A DNA stretch of 64,000 bases from positions 31,875,112 through 31,939,111 of the forward strand of contig OZ316891.1 of the NCBI GenBank assembly GCA_973895155.1, read 5' to 3'. Numbering within the stretch: position 1 is the stretch's first letter; each line of letters starts with the position of its first letter. Below, piece by piece: positions 12,801 to 28,972 of the stretch. The notes under the pieces are model-generated. The model saw only the letters and a program-made list of their open reading frames with translations. It did not search any database and had not been told where the DNA came from. Source of the stretch: Marsupella aquatica. Taxonomy: Eukaryota; Plantae; Marchantiophyta. A program made the translations under genes and the position numbers.

Positions 12801-13951
12801 GAGCTTTAAAAGTCATGAAACCTTTTCAGTGTATAGTCTGCACTTAGGAAAGCCTACTGGCAAAATTTGAGGCTTTTCTGAGCTACGAGTAGGCAGTTAA
12901 AAATAGTTGAATTTACCAAGTTTTTACTTATGTTGAAATTACGAGTTACGACTTAGTTAGATTTTTACTAGTTAAGAGTTACTAAGTTTCCGATTATGAG
13001 TTACGGTAGACAGACAATTACGAGTTAATAGTTTACTAGTTACGAGTTCATACCATTTTTCCGACTTTTCACTTACTGAATCGCCATTTTAACTTTTTGA
13101 GGGATATGAAGAGGCATGTCTCTTCGACCCTGTAACCTCTCACTCGACCGATTTTGACTATAAGATAGTTCTGCCACTAGTGTAGTGGATGGTTAAGTTT
13201 TGCAGTTTTGCCTCTCCCTTGTGTTAAACTAGTTGATCATGAATCTATGAGTTCGAGATCAGGTTTAACATTTGGAGAGACTTACCTCCTTCTTGTATTT
13301 TGGAACCCAAATACTTGAAGTAAAACCTCAGTTATGAATCTCGTGAATTATAATGTCAGATTCCGCTTTGGTGACACATTGTAATCTCACAAGTTCTTAG
13401 AGTTAACTCATTGAGTTTAAGTTGCATTGGAAATGATGTTTTCACCTTCATGTTGCTTAGTACCATCTAAATGCTGAAGTATTTATCCTTTTAGATCTTG
13501 ACTAAGTATCACTTAGGAAGAAAGGTCAAGACATGTTGCCGGCATTTTAAAAGGATACTCTAGTATGCAGTTTAGATCTGAAAAGCCGTGTGGATTTGGA
13601 TTCCCTTAAAGTTATTCCATTATTACTTATGTCTAAGGAGTAACCTTGGTCTATTCCAGACTCCCTTAGCATACTCTAAGAGATTTTTCCTTGTGTTTCG
13701 TTAATTGCAACCTTTTGCTTAATTGATGGTTATATGATGTTGAGTTATCATCAAAAACTGCTCACCGTTGTGGAGCGATCTTCAAAATACCTTAGTAAAG
13801 TAATCAAATTTGATTACTATGTGTGGAAAACATCTTAATTTCTTTATTATTGTTTAAAACTATCAAACCAACCCAATCTTGTTCTTAACGGGAACGAATA
13901 CCGAGTTTAGAGACGTAAAAGAGTTCTTTTGGTTCTCTATAGCAAACTACA
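9834..13951 (+). mobile_element. 4.1-kb TG...CA element (solo-LTR-like) with 5-bp TSD, carrying one long ORF
   Basis: Starts TGTAAGTAGT and ends CAAACTACA. TSD CTCTT at 9829-9833 and 13952-13956. Its removal restores the gag frame. TTACGAGTT arrays flank the ORF. A second copy lies at 47983-49824. Confidence 0.9.
10327..12729 (+). CDS. 800-aa TE accessory protein (N-terminal plant-transposon-protein-like helical domain; unknown C-terminal domain)
   Basis: Intact ORF with motifs LGLEHLLAVPW, NGWNLTQCT, LLEFLVPILHP and VNWALL. No RT, integrase or DDE motifs are visible. Confidence 0.8.
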   Translation: MANLGIDEQYRVDTLAIPKSIVARIPQAPDSYANLRTSLQQLGLEHLLAVPWKVELDTYLQDFVKGSMLAPECQQTIRARPSLWTVEQIAYAFRCPSEGEGLYSKKKDLSTPYFSRIRNLTNGWNLTQCTYPDLRVLLEFLVPILHPKKPTICPVALVNTIVAAHSGAVQVNWALLIFNVMKDQVRTMKAGRPTHLQVYLSQLYHAYECLYPEERTERGLLLIELGIEEDLSMEEPVDAIPLDSHDQNVDAEMEFEDTPAHNLELVRHPLANMVYSPRVYTRESGAGEDRDFPEQPADVAELVLATINLRTNSSTPPKAEANQQLVDKLTSLLSCSDDGLFDAVNDLRMEAVSLKSPFPDQLSPIRMTSPPGETTPVEYVTLTPVTQQTSFQAGGDLVPVTDNISYAAIVDDLLEILQCNPRQIVTVVSNLVQRCPTATPSPSRSFPPYSPDSNYEPTEGPSYHQTQYEHPYVRRDLPEDSDPPSYDDSIRSYENSLWSSPRQGFENIDVALKSNPNLVAVITSSTQTPRNATIASRYPRRPESEVHRYVTTCKVMQANRPPVGEFWRYYYLKKTEASYIFDLRCLGTSRVEMAQFDEFWTDSIYFRPILAMMLLQGDVEVEDPDLVLAYFGNFAAYALDFVISFLMQSKKSTAPQHDYIPREPKVTLVSTSTLAEKQRIWNNVTSQTLAEFNRYFRDVRWRLRPFYSRMLNSDEFLFHYSQVYAATCNNYDVLGIYREALRIDSCYLMKRMPLMYPERQLRCLPYSRGSPRQAELIEVTQNRIVTLVELLEPDDIRQQA

Positions 13952-14108
13952 CTCTTTGAACGAGTGTTTTTTGCCATGTCCACAGTGACCAAATCTGCCT
14001 GCAGTCAACCCATCGGGCACGTTGAAGCACTAAGTCCCCGCAAAAACCAGTTAAGATTTTTGGATTCCGACTTAACACAACCCTGGCCCGGTGTCTATGC
14101 CAGCAATC

Positions 14109-14120
14109 GCTCTGATACCA
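14109..14120 (-). promoter_or_regulatory. Primer-binding site, tRNA-iMet
   Basis: TGGTATCAGAGC on the minus strand, directly next to the LTR end. Confidence 0.9.
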
Positions 14121-14124
14121 CAAG

Positions 14125-15671
14125 TGGTGGACCTTGCCACCCGACGCCCTCACCAATCCCGACACTCACACCTAAGTGCCCCTGGTGCCCGAACGCCTCC
14201 ACGGAATACCTCAAGCAAGCACCTTAGTGCCCTTTTTGCACCACCCGCGGCCACTCCCATACGAAGCCGCACTTGCTCTCTAATACGACCGCTACTCAAC
14301 GGTCCTCACAGTCTGCACCACCAACCAAGCACTTTGGTAAGTAACCCTTCAGGATCTAGAACTCACCAAGTCTAGCATCCTAACTCAAGCTCAACAGACG
14401 TTTGGTAAGTAGGTCAGCGATAGGTCCTCCCGATGCCATGAGTCGGAACCAGAACCCACGTCCACTGTTCGTCCAGAACAGCTCCTTCCTTGGGCGCGGC
14501 CCGGGTTACCCCTTGTACCTATCCATCACCAACTGACCGCCCTGACCTCAGGACATGCTCATGGCCGAAATAAGCGTAGCTTGTCCCAAAGCTTGTCCCA
14601 AAGCTTGTCCCAACGCGCCAGGACCAGAATGGCCCCAACTCTAGCATCCAACTCCCGATCGCCCCGTTGATGGTCTAGGGGCCAAACACCATTGGGGCTC
14701 AACCTCCCACCTACTTGGCCTTGCCTTGCCAACGCAAGCTCCCTAGGGAGATTGAACGCGGCTTGGCTGCTGTTCGGTGGGATTTGGCAAGCGGGTGAAC
14801 TAACACCCGCTTTCCCTGAGAACCCATTGTGCCCCCAGACCCAGCTGAGCTCAAGAGGTCGTAGCCCACCTCAAGAGCTTTCCAACGCACCGAAGAAGTC
14901 CTCCAACGGACTTCCCGTTGGGAAGATACGTCGTTTCCGTTTGGCGTCTCCCCTTAGTGTCGCGACCGCCGTGGCTCACGACTTGAGCTCGCCCTTGGCC
15001 CCCAGGGAGACACCACTCCCCTCATATATGCTTCTGGGGACCTGCCACCCCCAGACCAGCTTTGGTCCTCATTATTTGGCCTACAACCCGATTCCTATTT
15101 CGCATAGCGGGCGCGCCACCAATTGGCAACACCCATAACTTTCTTGTTAGGCATCCGCAAATGGAGTGCCTTAGCCCATTGTGACCGGGCCGACCCGGTG
15201 CTCATGCCTAGGCCCTCAGGTCTGATTGCCGCTCGGGGCCCCCGATCGGCCCAACCCGGATTGGGCCATAACTTGCGCCCCAAGTGTCCGTTACCACTGG
15301 AGTCAACTCCATTGGCCTTGGGCCCGAGAGGAGCTCATACTCAAGCCCTCAGAACTCAAAGTCCGTCCGGTGGCCCGGACGGTCGACCTTGAGCCCAGCC
15401 CTTATCCCGCTTGACCCGGCTAGCACTCGGCTCGCCAAGGTCCTTAGTGTGTGTCACCAGCTTGATGCCATGCCTTCGCCAGTGCCACTTCCCAATGCTC
15501 ACTAGTCTCGCCATGCTAAGTCCTCCCCGGATGGCCTATTCGGGCCTGGACCATAAGGGAGCTCGGCGTCGGAGTCAGCGACGCCGGAGCTAAGTGTTGA
15601 GGTAGTCGAGTTCCGCGACTTCCAAGCGGTATGGCCCTGCGGCATTGTGGGCCAAGTTGGATTCCACCCCA
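14125..15671 (-). repeat. 5' LTR of gypsy copy 1 (about 1.5 kb; outer end approximate)
   Basis: Adjacent to the PBS; 14180-15619 aligns inverted to 44050-45486. Confidence 0.75.
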
Positions 15672-15923
15672 GAAGAGTTCCCTGTAAGTAGGAATCCAAA
15701 AACATTCCTTGGCAATGCTAGTTGTATAAGCTCTATTGTGTGGGCATGTATTGATACAAGCAATATGTCATGTGCAGGTGGATTGGACTCCTCCTGAGGG
15801 GTTAGTGGCACGGGCCATCATAGAGGATGAGCAGACGGACATTGTACCCAATGAGGAGGGTACCCAGGAGGAGACACCTCTAACTTGTGGGCAACAGGGC
15901 AGTGCAGGCACACAGGCTCGTGA

Positions 15924-16083
15924 CAGAGAGAGAGGTGAGGGAGGGAGAGATAGAGGGAGGGAGAGAGAGAGAGGTGAGGGAGGGAGAGAGGTGAGGGAGG
16001 GAGGGAGAGATAGAGGGAGGGAGAGAGGGAGAGATAGAGGGAGGGAGAGAGAGAGAGATGAGGGAAGGAGAGAGAGAGAGGGA
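15924..16083 (+). repeat. GA-rich microsatellite
   Basis: gagagaggtgagggagggagagatagagggagg runs. Confidence 0.9.
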
Positions 16084-16589
16084 GGACGAGGAGCCATGTC
16101 CACAGGGACTCCACCAGGAGATCCTGTGACACTAGAGGCAAGGGTGCGGAGCAGACAGATCCTTTGTCCTCCAGTAGTAGTAGCTCAAATGAGGATGAGC
16201 AGAGGTTTGAGTTGCGCAGTTGAGGCGGACAGTTAGGAGGTGCGCAAGAGAGGTCCCTTCGTAGGTCTGGACGGAACAGGAGCCACTCTCAGCGACATTA
16301 GGGTTTAGAGTTTAGGGTTTCTTTGCAGGACTTCCTCCTGAATTTTGTAAATCTCCCAATTCAATTTTGATCTCACCCATATGTAGTGGTGCCACATTCC
16401 AGGATTGAATTGTGTACAATGGGCATGTATTGATCTTGAACACTTGATTGTGTATTTTGTATGTATTCCCTACCCCCTAAAATGCACAACCCTCCCACAT
16501 AACCATGGAGCCCTAAACAATATCATAGGTCAGTATAACCCCACAAAAGCCAGATAATGTTAGTATATATACCTTGTCTATGGGAAGAA

Positions 16590-16996
16590 GCAGACGTCTT
16601 ATTTGGCAATGTTTAATTAATTACGTCTTTCCAAAAGACCAACATTACGTCCTGACTAAAGACACACGCTAGCCTAAACATCCTTTTTAAGGCCTCGTGT
16701 AAACACGTTATACAGGACGTTATTAAGTATAATGTCGTATTTATGGACGTAAATTACTGGAATTGTCCGACTAAACTCTTCCCATTGGAACGTTGTTATT
16801 TACTACGTCCATCAGATTACGTCGCATAAAATGAGGTAACTAACGTCGTGGTAGACGACATTAATGAGATCGTCTGGGTCTGGGCTCTTAACGTGCCCAG
16901 TTTCACGTTGCCAAAATCGACTTTGCTTCGGGGCAAGTTTACGTCGAGTAAAGCGTCAACTCAGATTACGTTAAACCCTCAAGAAATGTAGTTGTG
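16590..16996. repeat. ACGTC/GACGT motif cluster, possible CACTA-type subterminal region
   Basis: Many ACGT-core motifs in both orientations ending at ...aatgtagttgtg; the terminus is not a canonical CACTA. Confidence 0.35.
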
Positions 16997-18917
16997 ATGT
17001 CACCAGCTAATACAAAAGCAATCACCAGCTCATTATGTCCTAACGGTAAGTGACTTTTATGTCCTGAGCCGTAACTCATGTACAACTGTGCTTTGACACG
17101 CCCTCCTAGATGCATCAAGAAGATCACTGACCTGTGCTCACCATAGCTTGGTTGGATTGATGAGGAGATTATTCATAGCAAGGTGAGAAACAACAGACCC
17201 AATGGGTAGGCTTAATTTTTTAGGTTCTATTGTAAGGTCAAGTTGTGCCCTGGTCAGCCTACTTTTTAAGGTTTTTTGTTTTTAGCCAATTTGGCAAATG
17301 TCAACCTCTCTAAGGGAAGAAATGCTAAGAATATTCTTTATCAAAATTCCAGGATTATTTCCTGACTGTCAAATTTCCCTCTATTTATGAACAACAGTTA
17401 GATTCTAGCAAATGGGGTCCATGATTTGGTGGGAAAGTGGCGAAGGAAAGACACAAAATCTAACAAGTTTTTGCCAACAGTGGCAAACAGTTTTGGGGAG
17501 GTGGCTTTGGCAAAAATTCACACCTAAAAAATATGTTGGCCCTGGCCTTAGTGCAAACAGCCTACAGGAGTGTGATAGATGGCAGTGGGAATGGAAAGGC
17601 AGAAACGAGGTTGGTGCTTCCCCAATATGACCTGTGTGAACTGCTCGCTTCCCATCTTGGTCGTCAACAAGCTTCCCATCTTGGTCGTCAACAATTCAGC
17701 ATATCGAAATGTTGACACACACAATGGAAGAATTTGTAGGGAGGTTGGTCCATGCCTAAGGTGAGGTTCATTTTTTGGCTCTTATTGAATCACATTTTCT
17801 TCACAAATGGGAGGGGAAGCCATTGGAAGTTGTGTGATGGTATCTTCTCCAGGTGTATATCATGCTTTGAGCATACTCAACACCTTTTCTTCAGTTGAAA
17901 CAAAGTTACAAAGAGGTGGAGACGAGGGTGGAGAGAGATCCAACAACTAGTGCTAGGTTCTCCTGCACTTAAGGTGACTACCAGTACAATGTTTAAGGCC
18001 ATTGACAGTGCAATTTTGAAGTATGAATGGAATCATGGAATTATGCCACAACATATGGAAAGAAACAAACAAACCCACCTACTCTCAATTTCTTGGGATA
18101 CGTCCGGATTGGGTGGTCTTCCATAACACTAACTTGACGTTGGAATCCATGATAGGCTTCTGTCATTCTGCTAAGAAAGCTAAGCAGGTCAAAGATGTCA
18201 TTGAGCTACTCCAGGTCGTGCTGAAACCTCGGGAACAGACTCATAGTCCAGTCTCGCTTGGAGTTGAAGATGAGGAAAGTAGATAGGATCTTGCAGCTGA
18301 CCAGGTATGGTATACATCTTAGGGAGAGTAGTAGCAGAGAGCCCTGGTGTACCCGGGGGTGTACCAGCCGCTGGGATCAGGAGTTGGCCATGGTTTGGTG
18401 GTTGCTTTTGATTGCTTGACATGACTAGTCTTGGACTTTCCGGGTTGGACATTTTGTCCTGCCTGGGCCTTGGTGTGTTCCTCCCTGGGTGGCGTTTGTC
18501 CCTGGAGTGGTGTGTTGGGGTGCACCTCCCTCATTTTGGCGCCACCCTTGTGGGGCACTTGGTTGTAAAAGAAAAAGAAAAGAAGATGGCGATCCCTAGT
18601 AGCACAGAGGTGCCACTATGAAATGCTAAATGAAAGTCTGACAAACTTCCAGTACAACCTGATAATTATCAACATTTGATTCCATCCGTCAATCTAAGCA
18701 ATTCGATGGTTTGCAACTTGCCTTGTGACCATTAATGTGCACTGTCCTCTTTGTTAGCCAGTGCTCTATTAATTGCATGCTTCACTTCATCAGGTCCAAC
18801 TGTTTGAGCTCTCATGAGTTTTCAACTTAGGCTTCTAGGTCCATTCTGGAAAATCTGGCGGCCTAGAAAAACCCAAGGATAATTCCAAATGTAATGAATT
18901 TCTTCTCACCTTGTTAT

Positions 18918-24213
<5,296 letters not shown>

Positions 24214-25114
24214 AGAATTCGCCTAATGGCCTTCTCTCATAATTTTTTAAATGAGAATTTTGCATTCTACATTCTCTAATCTGTCGCATCCTTGTGAGCA
24301 TCTTGTCTTCAGATTGACAGGATATCTATCTGAGTGCGCTGTTTATGTTATGCCCTTTCCTTCTTGAAAGCTGTCATTGGTCTGGACCCAGAATGGCGCA
24401 TTGGATTATGGATGGTATTCCAATTGTTGTCTCCAAGCTTTGCACCATTTTCATACCAAGCAAGTGTGACGTGACCGCTCATTCGAACGAATTACTTGAG
24501 AATGCATTCTCTGGACATGGGAATGCATTTTGGTCAAGAATCATGTAAAAACAACCACTTCCTAGCAAAGACTCCATGGGCGCCTATCTAATTCAGGTCT
24601 AGTGAGTTGTAAAAACATCACACAATGCGCCTAGTGACCAACCTGAGATTCTCGACACTTGCAAGTTGGAAACTACAAAGTCGATCGAAACTTTACAATA
24701 AATCATCGATATCAAAATGGGAATGATACCCACATCGGTGCAGTCGGTATTGATTCTATGAGTGAGCCCAAGACGAAAGAAAGTAAACGAAATCGTTTAG
24801 AAGAAGCATTTTCTGGAAGATTGTTCTGGACGACACAATCGCGAGACCTCTACAGTCAGTCCTACTCTTTACGTTATCTACATTTCATATCCCGAGGATG
24901 AGTCCTAAAAGTTATCCAAACACTAAGGGAGCTCCAATATTATCCCTTCGACTCGATCATACCATCGCGCTAAACATGATACATGTATCGCTTCGCCAAA
25001 AAAAGGAAATCTTTGCAATCGAATGCAGACGCACAGTTCACACTTTGTTAACTGGCCCAATCGCCTCATTGCTCCCCGATGCTCAGCTCGATGATTGTCA
25101 TACAGCAAAATCGA

Positions 25115-25429
25115 CTACATCACAGCTCCACAGCATAAACTATCTCCCGTCTGTTGATGCGCCTGTTCCTTGGCCATCTGATCTGCTAAATCATTCCATT
25201 TCGACTTCCAGTCTCTTCCATTTGTGTGCGCCAGGACATGCGTCCAGAAGATGCGTCGTTCACCCTGCTCCCTCAGCAACCACTTCAACAAATCACTGTT
25301 CAAAACGGGGGCTCCATCAGCTTTGACCCATCCTCGTGCTATCCATCCCGGAATCCATTCAGTCATGGAGCGGATGAGCAGCATGCTATCAGAGTAGATG
25401 TAAAGCGGCTTCACTTTCGCCTTTGAAAC
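25115..25429 (-). pseudogene. RNase H1 C-terminal half (single exon)
   Basis: IYSDS..WIPGWIARGW..PVLNSDL..WTHVLAH..WNDLADQMA. Acceptor ttccgcag| at 25430. The N-terminal catalytic D/E residues are absent. Confidence 0.75.
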
Positions 25430-25649
25430 CTGCGGAAGTCTACAATTGGGTTTTGTTATTGCATCTGTCTGTCAATGAAGATTTGGAGAAGAAAAAACAT
25501 AGGGCAGTCTCCTCTTCGCCAAGGTGAGACAGTTGATGCCAATCAACAGCAATCGAGTTGACAGAACTCAACAAATATGGAAGAACACGAATTTCAGGGA
25601 AAGCAGATCACCTTCCAATGAGTTACTGCTACGAGTATCAGAATCCTGT

Positions 25650-27768
25650 CTACAGCTTTCTGCCAAACACGCGACATCGTTCGCAACGTTTCTTGCAGAT
25701 ATCCTCAAGCATCTTCGCTGCTGCTGTACGTTCCTGCTGCATTTGTTTTGCCCGGGATCTCATCAATTGACGTTCTTCCTTACCGCCGTTAGAAAAGTCA
25801 TCGAGCCATTCAGCTATAAGTTTCCCGAGTTGGTACATGTCCGATCCCTTGGTGTATCTTTTCCTTTTCCTTTTCCTTTTCCTTTTCCTTTTGTCATTGT
25901 CTTCTTCCAACGTTTCCGCATCCCAACCCGTTAAGTCCTCACCAACCCATACTTCATTGCCGTCTCCAGCAGCTTCCAAGTCTATGATCACCCATTTCCA
26001 TTCACCCAAATCATTTACTTTGATAACGTTGGGCCACCTTATGTCCCTGTGGGTGTAGCCTTTCATGTGCAAGTCCGCAAGGCCGCATAACATGTCATGC
26101 GTGGCATTTACTAAATCCTTGCAATCCTTAGGCTTTGCATATGGGTCACCAACAGGTTGTAGTCGCAATACTGTTCTAGCCTTGGATCGTCGGACGGATA
26201 TAAGTTGGATCAGGTACCTGGAGCCAGCGATTTTTTCATACAGGCATTCTATCGCGGTCACCTTCTCTTTCGTCAATCCTGGGATTTCCTTCGTCACGCA
26301 GTCAGGATAGATCGTCACTGCTCCACCATAAACTCTTGCTATTGGCTTATATAATGCCAAGGGGATGTCACTATCCAGTTCTTCCTGTAGTTTCTGTAGG
26401 AGACAGTGCATCCGAATGGTGCTATGTAGGAACTTGGCTACATCGCTCAACATATTCAAGTCATAGAGTTGTGAGATACTTTCACAAAGAATTTCCTTGC
26501 CTCGCGGATAGAGCTTCAGCCATTGAAACTGCCTTCCACCGGAGCAACCACCAATCACATAAGGGAGCTTACCATAGAACAAAGGGCTCCATGCCTTTAA
26601 TTTTGAGGTGTTCTCACCTGCAGCCTCGTGCCGAAGTGCCGGGTCTGTCTTATTCTCCCATCGGAGAATGAGACAATCCCTCACAAACAGCTGAAAATCT
26701 GGTCTTAAAAGCGGTTTTAGTGGTCGCGATGCTGGAGTAGTAGTCGAGGGATTGGGTGAATCCAGTAACCAGACCAAACCTTGTAATTTTGCGTTTGCTG
26801 GAGCCTCGTCATTTAATAATGAGATGAAATCTCCAGTGAGTTTAGCCAATTCATGTGAGCTCGTGGCCTCATTGCCTGGACAATGACGCATTATCTCTCC
26901 GAACGCACTGTCGCAGAAGGTTGCCAACTCTCCCGCCACTGCGGGAATATCAAGCTCCACCAGCTCAGAAGAGCATATTTTCTTGAATTTTACAAGATTG
27001 CGAATTGGGAGCGGTACTGGTGTCTGGGACAAAAACTCCGAGAGTTCATGGGCACTTCGTGGGAGCGTCGGAGGTGGTTCCAACAGTTTCCCAAAATAGC
27101 GCTCTCTAGCTTCAATATTAGCTTTTGCCTTCTTTGAAAGTTTTGCCTTCTTTGAAAGTCGCGCTCCCTCTGCGTACACACCAATCACGAAGTGTTGAAG
27201 AGGAAGAGAAAAACAGGAAAGTCATCCAATAATCACTCGAGCAATGAGCCCTACAAATTTGGCACGATTCCGGCAGAAATGCTTTATCGGTTCGGCAAAG
27301 CAGGAAGAGACACAGGACACCTGTTATTGCAACAGTACTTTCCAAACAAATGCCAGAGCAAGGGCGACAGCTGCTGTCCATGATACCCTTGATCACTTTT
27401 CAGCAAAGAAAACCAAGCAGCAACAGAGGGGTGCTCAAAGGAAAAAACTCAACGAAAAGACAAACCAGAACAAGAACGAGAAGATACTGACGAGAAACAC
27501 ATTGCTGTGAAATTCAGTTGGAATTACCATCCGTAGAGTTTCGTTTTTGAAGCTGAATTGCCGACTCAACTGCCAGTATCAATCCGCCAGGTGCCTTTGG
27601 GAACAGGCGCTGGATTAAGTCTTCGAGGCGCTTTTCCGACATCACTAGCAACGTAGATACTCCGACGCAGTCAAGCCATAGTTTCGCAGCAACGTCTCTC
27701 AGTCGTGCTTCGTCAGGAATAGTTCTCCGAAGCAGGTTCATAATATTTTCTTCTTCACCACTCGCCAT
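25650..27768 (-). CDS. Crinkler-like protein: helical header + PD-(D/E)xK nuclease-like domain + protein kinase (2 exons)
   Basis: Exon 1 is 27768-27528, the GT-AG intron is 27527-27170, and exon 2 is 27169-25650, joining in frame (..STD-E-GARL). Motifs: RPDF...WENK, HRDIRWPNVI, IDLE, SDMYQLG, and a poly-KR tract. Confidence 0.75.
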
Positions 27769-28384
27769 TGGATCTTGCAGGCTGAACAATATAGTGCTTA
27801 CTTCTTCTTAAGATATATGCTATGAAACCAGGCAGAGACAAGACAGCCACAAACGCGCAAGTTATAACAAAACAAAGCACATACAAATGACAAGCAGAAA
27901 CGAAACCCTCGGGTTGACAGAAATCGTAGCAACAGAGGAAGCGACAGAGGAACGAGCACACACAAGGATGAAAACTACGGTACAAGGCCGTGAAACTCAC
28001 CATCCACCAAACCCTGGATCACCGAAAACCCAGTCCAAATCCTGCAACCGCACGATGTAAGGCCTTTTGATCCGCAGCGTATCATGACAATCAATTAAAC
28101 ATGCAACGATTCACCACCTCAAAATTTCCAAACCCTACTGCTAGCGAATCCGCCTCACTTCACTACTTCAGCCTATGCCGAACAGACCAGTGTACCGAAT
28201 GCTCGGACTCTTTATGCAGACGGCCTCCTCTCCTCTCCTCGGTCGGCAGACAAGGAGTTGATCCGTTCCGTTCTAGGCGCAACGGGTTCAGATCTCAGGT
28301 TTCTCGACGCAACTGAGCTTCCCGCCCCGACAGAGAGCTTCTCTCCCGAAAACGATCACCGTGTGTAGCTTTTGTGGGACCCAA

Positions 28385-28570
28385 AGCCATATCTATTCAT
28401 CCATCTATTCTTGCAACCGTCGTATTTGAAACTACTACTGAATACCTGTGTTCTATCCATCTATCCTATTCCTGCATATATCTTCTTTAACCTACTGCCG
28501 AATACCTGGGTTCTGTCCATCCATATATTCGTGCATCTATTGTATTTGAACCTACTACTGAATACATAGG
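28385..28570 (+). repeat. About 60-bp degenerate tandem repeat (3 copies)
   Basis: Recurring ..tatttgaa.ctactactgaatac.tg.gttct.tccatc. Confidence 0.7.
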
Positions 28571-28690
28571 TTTTTGTCAAGCTTTTGTGTCAAGAAAAAC
28601 ATCTTACTTATTTACTTATTTCACCTGAAATTAATAGTATTTGAGACCTCCCAATGTTATCCGTTGCCGACCTGTTGTGTCTTGTGTAAA

Positions 28691-28972
28691 ACCCCCGGGT
28701 CTATATATTTGAGAACCCCTAATGTATATGTTTATGGTCCTTCCTTACTCCTTAATGATGTATTATTGGTACTTGGCCCTGAGGTATTTGCTTGATCAAC
28801 CCCCAAACTGAAAGTTGTTACTTGATGGACCCCCGGGTCTATATATTTGAGAACCCCTAATGTATATGTTTATGATCCTTCCTTACTCCTTAATGATGTA
28901 TTATTGGTACTTGGCCCTGAGGTATTTGCTTGATCAACCCCCAAACTGAAAGTTGTTACTTGATGGACCCCC
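28691..28972 (+). repeat. 138-bp tandem duplication
   Basis: Unit acccccgggtctatatatttgagaacc...cttgatgg starts at 28691 and 28829; the copies are near-identical. Confidence 0.9.

Larger units (their letters stand above)
7320..13977 (-). pseudogene. gypsy gag-pro-RT(5') polyprotein, disrupted
   Basis: ATG at 13977 reads MAKNTRSKS|GKQAPP..MAAEPS in frame once 9834-13951 and one TSD are removed. ORFs 9456-9722, 7767-8975 and 7302-7745 are separated by stops or frameshifts. Confidence 0.85.
7320..15671 (-). mobile_element. Ty3/gypsy LTR retrotransposon copy 1 (5' LTR, PBS, gag-protease, start of RT), interrupted and truncated
   Basis: PBS, gag zinc knuckle (CFTCGAMGH), protease DTGA and RT start ([24 protein letters not shown]) are present. 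The LTR is homologous to 44050-45486. Confidence 0.9.

Noticed and set aside
14091-15593. Multiple GC-rich ORFs, also at 44075-45480
   Set aside because: They lie in the gypsy LTR, have no recognisable domain, and their frames are broken differently in the two copies.
15736-16236. RE/SL-repeat ORFs
   Set aside because: They are driven by the GA microsatellite.
17000-18890. Possible upstream IleRS exons or a transposase remnant
   Set aside because: No HIGH or WTTTPWT motif and no recognisable domain in the short ORFs.
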